This document shows, in pieces, positions 1 through 8,446 of a stretch of 64,000 nt of DNA. Each line of letters begins with the position of its first letter. The stretch's first letter is position 1. The notes under the pieces are model-generated. The model saw only the letters and a list, made by a program, of their open reading frames with translations, had not been told where the DNA came from and did not search any database. The position numbers and the translations under genes were made by a program. This DNA comes from an uncultured Verrucomicrobiales bacterium (lineage in GTDB: Bacteria > Verrucomicrobiota > Verrucomicrobiia > Verrucomicrobiales > DEV007): positions 32,512 through 96,511 of the forward strand of contig CALKOM010000022.1 of NCBI GenBank assembly GCA_938091905.1, read 5' to 3'.

Positions 1-935
1 AAGGTGTCATTCATCTGGCTCTGGCTTCGATTACCAACGCCTGCTTTGACCTCTGGGCGAAATCACGCCAAGTGCCCCTGTGGAAGCTCTTGTTAGATTT
101 GACACCAAACGAATTGGCTCGCTTGATCGACTTTAGTTACTTAGAAGACGTCCTGACGACCAATGAGGCGATCGAGATCCTTGCGGAAAAGCTAACCTCA
201 AGACCAGATAGAGATGAGATCTTGAAACAAGGCTATCCTGGCTACGATACCTCTGTCGGTTGGTTCGCCTACAGCGATGCCAAGCTGATCGAGAACGCTA
301 AGCGTGCGGTGGATGCGGGATTCACCGCCATGAAGTTGAAAGTGGGATCGCCCGATCCCGCCGACGATGTGAGACGAGCGCGACTCGTGCGTGAAGCCGT
401 GGGTCCAAGCGTGAACATCATGACCGACGCCAACCAAGCGTGGAGCGTGCCCATGGCCCTCGATGTTTGTGCCCAGCTTGCAGAGATCAATCCAGGTTGG
501 GTGGAAGAGCCTACTCAGCCCGATGATGTGTTAGGCCATCAAACCATTGCACATGCCATCGCGCCCGTTCCTGTGGCGATTGGGGAAACGGTGTCCAATC
601 GCGTGCTGTGGAAGAATTTCCTAGAGGCGGGCGCTGTCGGTGTCGTCCAAGCGGATTGCACCCGACTGGCCGGCATTAGCGAGTACCTGGCGGTGACGAT
701 CTTAGCGACCAAATACCCGGTTAAGGTCATTCCCCACGTGGGCGACATGGGTCAGATCCATCATCACCTGGTCTTCTTCAACCACATTGCCCTGGGACAT
801 GAGAAGCAGTTCCTCGAATACATCCCGCACCTTCGTGAACACTTTACATCACCTGCCGAAGTCCTGGATGGAGCCTATCAGTTGCCTCAAGAGCCCGGTT
901 GTTCGACGGGGTTAACAGCATTAGTAGAATCGTAG
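1..935 (+). CDS. Enolase-superfamily acid-sugar dehydratase, L-fuconate dehydratase-like (5' end outside window)
   Basis: The frame is open from nt 3 (GVIHLALASITNACFDLWAK...PLWKLL). It has the KLKVG motif, metal ligands in DANQ / EEP / GE, and a PH motif, as in the FucD/ENOSF1 subgroup. Confidence 0.85.
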   Translation, partial: GVIHLALASITNACFDLWAKSRQVPLWKLLLDLTPNELARLIDFSYLEDVLTTNEAIEILAEKLTSRPDRDEILKQGYPGYDTSVGWFAYSDAKLIENAKRAVDAGFTAMKLKVGSPDPADDVRRARLVREAVGPSVNIMTDANQAWSVPMALDVCAQLAEINPGWVEEPTQPDDVLGHQTIAHAIAPVPVAIGETVSNRVLWKNFLEAGAVGVVQADCTRLAGISEYLAVTILATKYPVKVIPHVGDMGQIHHHLVFFNHIALGHEKQFLEYIPHLREHFTSPAEVLDGAYQLPQEPGCSTGLTALVES

Positions 936-990
936 CAAACGTCGGTGCAGACCGGTCAGCATTGCCAAGTACAGGGATACTCAATGCAGG

Positions 991-3900
991 TCAGGGTTCT
1001 AACCGTTTCACGCGGACTGAGCGAAATCGGTAGGCACCGCCACGCCCATGGTGCTGGAGCGCGATGTAGCCTTGCTTGAAACGATCATCCTCGATCTCAG
1101 CCGTCGGAATGCCGTTCACATAGTGGCGAATGGTGGCCCCACGGCATTCGATGCGAATCCGATTCCAGTCATCGCGGCGGAAACTTCCTTTGGTCATTTC
1201 AAGAAACTGACCTGCACTTTCAGGATCACGCTTCGTGGGCCAGATCCAGCCGCCTGCCCCGATGGCGTAGAGCCCACCTGTTAGGCGTCGGTCCGTCCCA
1301 TCGATCTCAAATTGATACCCTTTGGGTTTGCCCTTTGCACCTTGGCAACGGTAGGCAATGCCGGAATTGATTCCTTCATTTCCCTCGGCGGAAGGCGGCA
1401 GCTTAACCTCGGCTTCCAGGATGAAATTGTCGAAGACGCGGTCGTGGGCCAGCCAAAGATTCTTCTTCGCTCGCAGTTGGATTTCACCGTTGTAAACGGA
1501 AACATCGCCCGCAGTACGCGCCTGCCAACCTGTTAGGGTCCCTCCATCGAAGAGCCGAATCCATTCCCCTGACTTGCCTTTCTTCTTCGCGTTCTGATCG
1601 TGAACGGGTGCCGTTTGCTGCCACCGTCGGCCATCGGGAACCCCATTGATCGTCCAGTAAAGTTCTTCTTCAAACACCTCAGCGCTGAATTTCGGCTTGA
1701 GACGCAATCTCAGATGCAGCTGATTGGCGGGTTGCAGGTCAGGAATATGGAGCACTACACCTCGCCCGTCCGCCGTGCGTTCGGCCGACGTGACGACGAC
1801 GGTGTCTTTGCCCTTCTCGTTCGGCTCTTTGACTGACCAATTCTCCGAGCCGTAGCGAGGCAGCCATCGGTAATTCCATTGCTCGATGGTGTAATTCTCC
1901 AATTGAGTCACACTGTCAGGGTCGAGAGCAAAGTTGAATCCCAACTCCAACCCGTCGTCGCGCACGGCTGCTTGAGTCACCATGGAGAGTGGCTTCCCCG
2001 TGTAGCGCACGCGGAAAAGGCCACCCTCGCCCAGCCCCTTGCGGCCATTTCCATTCCAGCCATTCAACCCAACGGTGTAGACTTGCCCGTCCAATGGATT
2101 CACACGAGCGCGCATGATCCCGGTCTCGAAGTCCATCGGGAGCCGCACGACAGCGGCCTGCGACACGTCGCCGAATTCCTGAAGGAGAAAGTAGTAGAGC
2201 CAGCCTTTCCCAAAGCTGGTGTGCAAGAAACGTCCTGACAAAGGTCCCCAGCGACCATCTTCGACCCAAAGTTGGCCACCTGAGGAATTGTCAACGTGTT
2301 GGGGCAACCAGATCAACGGCTGATCGAAGTCCTGAGGCAGGGCTTCCTCGCGGTGGTCGATCCGCCCGCCGTCCGGGGCCCAGGAGCCTGGCCGAGCGTG
2401 CGTTTGCGCGTAGCCATAGTAACCGCCGGGCTTGATAAGACTGACTTTGGACGCGGGTATCCAGTTTCCCTGATTGTCACTGACCGTAAGCCGATCGTCT
2501 GGCAGAATCCCCATCCCGTTAGGCGTACGGAAACCAGTAGCAATCATCTCACGACTCGCTCCATCGGCTGACACTTTAATTAAACCGCCAGGGAAAGCGT
2601 GGCTTGTGTACTGGCCAGCTTTGACGTAGTAGAAGTTGCCCGCGCGATCGCGCATGAGATCGAAGTTGTAGGCATGGAAGAATGTGGAGACGTCCTCATC
2701 GGCGGAGAAGGATTCGTAGAAATCCGCCTCGCCGTCCGCGTTTAGATCTCGCAAACGCACCAATCGATCCCGGCACGTCGCGAAGACGTCCTGACCCACG
2801 ACTTGCAGGCCAAAGGGCTCAAACAATCCCGCCGCGAAGCGCTTCCACTCCAAGTGATCGGTCCCACGTTCGAGCCCTCGCACCGTCCAGATATCTCCTC
2901 CATGAGTCGAGACGTAGAGGAGGCCGTCATCATCAAAAGCCAGCGCGGAAGTCCGAAACCACGTATTCCAAGGGGTCTTTTCAGGGACAGGCAAGGTATC
3001 GATCACGTAGGCGTCGGCATCGCCTCCTGAGAGCCCTTGCGTGACCAAGTTCTCCGGCCAGCGAAGTAGTCCCCCGTTCGTGAGTGCGCGCAGGTCTGGT
3101 AGCATTTCTTCCTGACTCTTCCATTGCAACAAACCGCGAAACGAATCCAAGGCTGGCTGACCCGAGCCCGTCGTTCGAACGATCTGAAATCTCAGCGCGT
3201 CTTCAGAGGCCGGGATATGGAGAACCAATCGGTTACCCTGGGCGTCCGGCTCCAGGCGAACCGGAGCCGTGTCTCCCACCAAGCCAATGCCGACAAAGGC
3301 GTCTGGATCACCAAGAATCGCCAATCCGGGCTCGATCACGTGGGGCGTCGGCAACTCAGCCACGGCCACCTTTAAGTCTTTGTCAGACCGCTCGACACGC
3401 AAGGTCTGCGTTACAGCCTCAGCTCCGCGTTGTTTCCCCGGCATTTCCAAGATCGAGCGGCCGTCGATGGCATAGGACAAGACGACTTGGTCGCCATGCA
3501 CATAGTGCCCCTGATAGTCCAACCAAGTCTCGGGCATCGGCCCGCGAGGGAGGAGATTCTCTTTGGGGTAGCCTAGCAGTCCATCATGCGCCCATTGCCA
3601 GATCTGCAACCCAGAGATGGGGGTGCCAGCGGGTTTGGGGTTGCCTTCGCCACGCAATCGTTCGTGCTGGGTCTCCGAGAGATCGAGGAAGCCGCCCTTC
3701 CACAAGCCCACCATGTCCATGGAATGGAGATCATAGGCCATCGCATGATCGTCTGCCAACTTGACCGTGAGTACGCTAACGTGATCCTTACCAAGTTGCG
3801 ACGCGATGGCCGTTCCGAAGTCGCGTTCGGCACTTGAGCGATCCGTGATTGGGGTCTCGTCTTCCAGTGCCATTGCTTGGAGCTTGCCAAAGTAGGCCTC

Positions 3901-4308
3901 ATCGAGGGGCACGTGATCAGCGCGGCTCTTGAGAAAGGTTTCTCGAATGTAGTGAATGACATCATAACGTTCCTCGGGCGACATCCACTGCTGCGGTGCC
4001 ATGAGTCCGTTTCCATGAGTCAGGGTCTTGAACATCGCATAGGCATCGAGCCCGAATTTCATCGTCCCTGTGGTGAAGGCCGGTGCCAGAGGCAAAGACG
4101 GGGTGTTGCCATCAGCCCCATGGCAATTCAGGCAAAGCCCTTGGTAAAGCCGTTCGCCCCGTTCGAATTGAGCCGACCCCAGCTCTCTCAAATACTCGAT
4201 ATGATCAAACGAGTTCGTCTCTGCGTGGATTGATTGTGAAAGGGTAAGCGCGATCGCAACGAGCCCTCCGAAGTAACGGGTGAAGTGAGCGAGATTTCGG
4301 GAGATCAT
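991..4308 (-). CDS. Secreted multidomain protein: c-type cytochrome + DUF6797-like region + sugar-dehydrogenase-like beta-propeller + C-terminal DUF1080
   Basis: Signal peptide; CLNCH heme motif; propeller motifs (FAAGLFEPFGL, GFRTPNGMG, SDNQGNW); C-terminal WIRLFDG...NSGI...GYQFEI...WN...GYIALQHH typical of DUF1080. Confidence 0.8.
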   Translation of the reverse strand: MISRNLAHFTRYFGGLVAIALTLSQSIHAETNSFDHIEYLRELGSAQFERGERLYQGLCLNCHGADGNTPSLPLAPAFTTGTMKFGLDAYAMFKTLTHGNGLMAPQQWMSPEERYDVIHYIRETFLKSRADHVPLDEAYFGKLQAMALEDETPITDRSSAERDFGTAIASQLGKDHVSVLTVKLADDHAMAYDLHSMDMVGLWKGGFLDLSETQHERLRGEGNPKPAGTPISGLQIWQWAHDGLLGYPKENLLPRGPMPETWLDYQGHYVHGDQVVLSYAIDGRSILEMPGKQRGAEAVTQTLRVERSDKDLKVAVAELPTPHVIEPGLAILGDPDAFVGIGLVGDTAPVRLEPDAQGNRLVLHIPASEDALRFQIVRTTGSGQPALDSFRGLLQWKSQEEMLPDLRALTNGGLLRWPENLVTQGLSGGDADAYVIDTLPVPEKTPWNTWFRTSALAFDDDGLLYVSTHGGDIWTVRGLERGTDHLEWKRFAAGLFEPFGLQVVGQDVFATCRDRLVRLRDLNADGEADFYESFSADEDVSTFFHAYNFDLMRDRAGNFYYVKAGQYTSHAFPGGLIKVSADGASREMIATGFRTPNGMGILPDDRLTVSDNQGNWIPASKVSLIKPGGYYGYAQTHARPGSWAPDGGRIDHREEALPQDFDQPLIWLPQHVDNSSGGQLWVEDGRWGPLSGRFLHTSFGKGWLYYFLLQEFGDVSQAAVVRLPMDFETGIMRARVNPLDGQVYTVGLNGWNGNGRKGLGEGGLFRVRYTGKPLSMVTQAAVRDDGLELGFNFALDPDSVTQLENYTIEQWNYRWLPRYGSENWSVKEPNEKGKDTVVVTSAERTADGRGVVLHIPDLQPANQLHLRLRLKPKFSAEVFEEELYWTINGVPDGRRWQQTAPVHDQNAKKKGKSGEWIRLFDGGTLTGWQARTAGDVSVYNGEIQLRAKKNLWLAHDRVFDNFILEAEVKLPPSAEGNEGINSGIAYRCQGAKGKPKGYQFEIDGTDRRLTGGLYAIGAGGWIWPTKRDPESAGQFLEMTKGSFRRDDWNRIRIECRGATIRHYVNGIPTAEIEDDRFKQGYIALQHHGRGGAYRFRSVRVKRLEP

Positions 4309-4375
4309 GGGGATATCTTAGACGGGGTGAACTTAGGCAAAGTTTCATTAACACCGAATCTTGGCGAAGTCTTGA

Positions 4376-6133
4376 TCACCAGAAGACAACGAAGATCAGC
4401 GCCAAGGCGATTACCCACACAATCAGGCCGAGGATGAGCGGTAGCTTGGCTCCCGAACGTTGATCCACACTGCCGCCACCCTCAATCTGGCTAACAATTT
4501 CCTTCTGACTTCGCGCCAGCCAGCCCTCCGTCTGGTCAGCCTGAACGAGCAAGTCCTCTTTCGGTGTCCAACCTCGAATCAGCGTCACTACAAGCATCGT
4601 CACCGCAGTCACCAGACAACCGAGCGGAGCGGTCGCATAACTATTCATCAACCCTGAAGGCATTAGCCAGATGTCAGAATTCACGGCTAAGCCAGGAGCT
4701 ACTAATGCAATGACGCCAAAGAGCACACCGACAACCAGGCCTGGCAACGCGGACGAACGGTGGACGCGGGTGAAGGCTCCCAGGACATAGACGACTAGCA
4801 ATGGAACAACAAAGGCACCAACTACTGAAAGATAGGTAAAGATCATCCCCTGAGCTAGCAGGGCCGGCACATAAATAAATGACCCGAAGATGATTGTCGG
4901 AGTGAGCCAACGCCCCACTGACAGGTAGTGGTTGTCATCGCGATCTTTCACCAAAAGTCGTCCATAGACGTCACGTGTAATCAGGGCCGAAAGCGTCGAT
5001 CCAATCGAGTCGAACGTTGAGAATGCAGCCGCGAAGATGCCAGCAACAACCAAGCCGGTCAGACCGGGTCCCCCATACTGTTGAAGAACGTAAGGGAAGA
5101 TGTTATCAGCGTGCCCATCAGGCAGTGACGAGAGATCTGGAAATAAGCCTCTGCCCATCACGCCAAGGCCGAGCGATAGGTACGTGGCTAAGATCAAGAG
5201 CAGTCCAGCTGGAACAATGGCCATCTTCAGGTGCCATTCGCTTCTGGAGCCTAGCAAACGCATGGATTGCGTGTGATTGACGATTGAATAGGCAAACCCG
5301 ACGATCGAAAAACTCAATACAATTAGCCAAGCGGGCGTTGTCCGCGTGATTTCTCGTAGCTCGGGATCATAGGTACCACCGATCTTAAGATGACGCTGCA
5401 TGATATCCTCAGAGAATTCACTAGCATCCACAGATTCAGTGCGATCACTCCCAATGTGCATGGTCTGGTTCGCCAGTGCCGAATCTGTTTCTGCAATCTT
5501 TGCTTCAAGCCCGCTCCAACCGCCAACTTCTTTCGAGACCGTACCGAAGATGACGATGGCCGCGACGAGAATCACCAAGGCTTGAAGCGCATCCGTAATA
5601 GCGACTGATCGCAAGCCACCCGCCATGGTGTAAATCGTTGCAATCAACGCCACGGCAACGACACAGAGCCAGGCTTGCGAGTCTCCCCAACCACACACAA
5701 CGGTTAACGTTAGGAAGATCGCGGTGCTGATCATTCCAATCATCACCGTTCGATACAGCACTTGCACCAACACGCTAATTACCCGAGCACCAACGCCAAA
5801 GCGCGCTTCGAGATACTCAGCATTGGTGTACATTCCACGCCGATACATCGGAATGGCAATGACATGCGCCAGGAGCAGCCAGCCACCGATCACACCGACA
5901 AGGTTGGGGACAAACAGACGAACACCAAGACTGTAAGCGCCCCCGGTGTCGGCTACCAAATCCGCTGAATCGATCAACGTCGCATAGAGAGACATCCCAA
6001 CAATCCAGAAAGGCAAGGAGCGCCCCGCCAAGAACCAATCGCCGCTGGAGTGGGTATCGCGACTGCGGACTAGCGCGTAAACAATGACCGAGCCATTGAG
6101 AACGACGACGATCAGCCAGTCGAGAAGCGTCAT
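4376..6133 (-). CDS. Sodium:solute symporter (SSS) family transporter
   Basis: DWFLAGRSLPFW, EYLEARFG, YTMAGGLRSVAITDALQ and AAAFSTFDS motifs; many TM helices. Confidence 0.92.
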   Translation of the reverse strand: MTLLDWLIVVVLNGSVIVYALVRSRDTHSSGDWFLAGRSLPFWIVGMSLYATLIDSADLVADTGGAYSLGVRLFVPNLVGVIGGWLLLAHVIAIPMYRRGMYTNAEYLEARFGVGARVISVLVQVLYRTVMIGMISTAIFLTLTVVCGWGDSQAWLCVVAVALIATIYTMAGGLRSVAITDALQALVILVAAIVIFGTVSKEVGGWSGLEAKIAETDSALANQTMHIGSDRTESVDASEFSEDIMQRHLKIGGTYDPELREITRTTPAWLIVLSFSIVGFAYSIVNHTQSMRLLGSRSEWHLKMAIVPAGLLLILATYLSLGLGVMGRGLFPDLSSLPDGHADNIFPYVLQQYGGPGLTGLVVAGIFAAAFSTFDSIGSTLSALITRDVYGRLLVKDRDDNHYLSVGRWLTPTIIFGSFIYVPALLAQGMIFTYLSVVGAFVVPLLVVYVLGAFTRVHRSSALPGLVVGVLFGVIALVAPGLAVNSDIWLMPSGLMNSYATAPLGCLVTAVTMLVVTLIRGWTPKEDLLVQADQTEGWLARSQKEIVSQIEGGGSVDQRSGAKLPLILGLIVWVIALALIFVVFW

Positions 6134-6144
6134 TTAGGAATCCG

Positions 6145-7314
6145 TTAGGTAAAGATTTTGTCATTCACTGTGACACCCAATCCGGGCTCCCTGGACATCG
6201 TGACATACCCACCACTTGGCTGCGGCTCTCCATGAAAAATGGGTTCGCGGTCTACATCTGGGAGTTCGTCCCAACACGGCACCGGGAAGTGCTCGATCAT
6301 CGGCACATTCGTATGCCCTTGGGCAAAGTGCAAGTGCACGGGGCCATAAGCATGCGGAATGACGTTGAGTCCCGCAGCTGCTGCAAGTGCCGCAATCTTA
6401 CGCGCTACAGTAAAACCACCACAACGCCTGAGATCAGGTTGAAGAATGTCCATCGCGCCTTTCTCGATGATCTGCTGAAACCCAAAGTGCGTGTACTCAT
6501 GCTCTCCTCCAGAGATGGGGATGTTCGTCTCTTGCCGCAGCTTGGCATAGCTGTTCAGATCATCGGGTAGGAAGGCTTCCTCAAGCCAAGCGAGTCGGTA
6601 GGGTTCTAGCAGGCGCACCATCTTCTTAGCGTAAGCGAAATCCCACCCCATGTAGGCGTCCGCCATGATCTCGATGTCATCGCCCACGGCGTCACGGACG
6701 TTTGCCACGTGGCGCTCATTCTCTCGCATGCCATCAATCCCATCGCCGGGACCAAAGGGGAATCGCATCTTCATGGCCTGATAGCCGTCAGCGACGTAGG
6801 CCTTAGCTTCAGCCGCAACCTTCTCATGCCCAACGGGATGCAAAGCCGAGGCGTAGACAGGGATGGTCTCTCGCACGGGACCGCCGAACAGTTCGTAGAC
6901 TGGCTTGCCAACAGATTTCCCAGCAATGTCCCACAAGGCGATATCGATGGCACTGATGGCATGTAAGGCACTGCCTTTGCGTCCATACGGCAGCGAGGCT
7001 CGAAACAGCCGATCCCAAAGCCCTTCAATCTCCGCCGCATCCTGACCGACCAACAAGCGAGACAGATGATTGTCGATGATTCTAGCAGTCGCATCACAAC
7101 CATCCTCACACCAACCATGACCGATGATCCCGTCTACCGTCTCGATCTCCACCACGGCCATGCCCGATTCCCAGAACCAAGACCCGCGCGTCTCTTGGAA
7201 CTGAGGGTAGATATCTAGCGGCGTCACTAACGGAAGCGTCTTCTCCCTTTCTGCCAGATGCCCCCAGATTGAACGGTTCACATGGCTTACGGAAACAGAG
7301 TTAATCTTATTCAT
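6145..7314 (-). CDS. Enolase-superfamily dehydratase, L-rhamnonate dehydratase-like
   Basis: TPLDIYPQFQETRGSW N-terminal loop, AISAIDIALWD, KMRF..GP, DAYMGWD, WLEE, GGEHE, LQPD and IPH motifs. Confidence 0.85.
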   Translation of the reverse strand: MNKINSVSVSHVNRSIWGHLAEREKTLPLVTPLDIYPQFQETRGSWFWESGMAVVEIETVDGIIGHGWCEDGCDATARIIDNHLSRLLVGQDAAEIEGLWDRLFRASLPYGRKGSALHAISAIDIALWDIAGKSVGKPVYELFGGPVRETIPVYASALHPVGHEKVAAEAKAYVADGYQAMKMRFPFGPGDGIDGMRENERHVANVRDAVGDDIEIMADAYMGWDFAYAKKMVRLLEPYRLAWLEEAFLPDDLNSYAKLRQETNIPISGGEHEYTHFGFQQIIEKGAMDILQPDLRRCGGFTVARKIAALAAAAGLNVIPHAYGPVHLHFAQGHTNVPMIEHFPVPCWDELPDVDREPIFHGEPQPSGGYVTMSREPGLGVTVNDKIFT

Positions 7315-7333
7315 AACGTGAAGTTCTCAATGA

Positions 7334-7358
7334 CTACCGGCCCTACCGGCCCTACCGG
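7334..7358. repeat. 9-bp tandem repeat (CTACCGGCC x about 3)
   Basis: ctaccggcc ctaccggcc ctaccgg read directly; flanked by tctcaa (7325-7330) and ttgaga (7360-7365). Confidence 0.8.
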
Positions 7359-7406
7359 GTTGAGACCGATGACAGATACAGAAGTAAAGCTGACTAAATC
7401 AACTCC

Positions 7407-8288
7407 TTAATGTGATCGACGAAATTCGGATGGCCGCTGCCCGCTCCACTTTTGAAAGGCGTTCGAAAATGTGGAAGCAAATTCATAGCCAACTTCAGAG
7501 GATATGGCTTCGATGGTCAAATCCGTAGTCATCAGTAACTCAGAGCCACGTCGCATGCGCAAACGGCCGAGATACTTCATCGGGCTACAGCCTATCGTCT
7601 CCAAACACAGGCGTCTAAAGTGTTCGGTGCTCATCGACGCTTCAACGGCGATTTGTTTTAATGTCCAGTCGCGCCCTAACCGCGATACGACAACGTCCCA
7701 AGCGTGCATCACCCGAGAATCCAACTGACCCGGTCGCCCGAATTGCAGCACGTAGCTATGAATCAGTTCCACCCATAGCTGGAGCGCTAATGCGGAGACA
7801 GCTCCGTTCGCTTCTGCATGCAGTCCCCGAATCGCCTCAACAAGCGGAAGCGCATCATATTTAGCGATCTTGGGGGCTTCCGATTTCAACGTGGACACTC
7901 CTTCCCAGGGCTCTCGATAACGCACGAACACATACGTCCATTGCGAACTCTCGCCCATCTGCAAATGATTCGCGACCTGCCGAGGCAACAGGCAAGCGGT
8001 GCCCTCCGCCACTGTGGTTGGGGTTCCACTGTGAATCACCTCTCCACTGCCGTTAAAGCAGGCCATGAAGAAGGGGCCATCTGGATTCTCGCGCAGCATT
8101 TCAAAGGATGGCTTTGCCCACGTGATGCCGACGTTGGCAATGTTCCTGGAAGCCAGCTGGCCGACCAATGGCGATTCTGCAACCCAATCGCGCTGATCAC
8201 TATCATTGGCTCGCACGATCAACGTACGCGTCTCTTCCCCCCAGTCCTTGTGGACCACGCGAAAGTCTGATGCAGCAGCCAACCTCAT
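7407..8288 (-). CDS. AraC-family transcriptional regulator
   Basis: C-terminal double HTH (WTLKQIAVEASMSTEHFRRL...G.SP..YL...IEAISSEVGYEFASTFSNAFQKWSGQRPSEFR); cupin-like N-terminus. Confidence 0.92.
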   Translation of the reverse strand: MRLAAASDFRVVHKDWGEETRTLIVRANDSDQRDWVAESPLVGQLASRNIANVGITWAKPSFEMLRENPDGPFFMACFNGSGEVIHSGTPTTVAEGTACLLPRQVANHLQMGESSQWTYVFVRYREPWEGVSTLKSEAPKIAKYDALPLVEAIRGLHAEANGAVSALALQLWVELIHSYVLQFGRPGQLDSRVMHAWDVVVSRLGRDWTLKQIAVEASMSTEHFRRLCLETIGCSPMKYLGRLRMRRGSELLMTTDLTIEAISSEVGYEFASTFSNAFQKWSGQRPSEFRRSH

Positions 8289-8446
8289 GGGCTTGAGTTG
8301 TGAGGAATCAGCGGCAGAAAGTCAAGGTTCTCCACCTCCCCCGCATGTGGATTCAGACTATGTGTTGGTGCCCTCTCGTTATGGCTTCGACCAGTCTAAA
8401 CCACTACACTCTCCCGATCAGCCAACAATCTGACCACCGCCCAACT

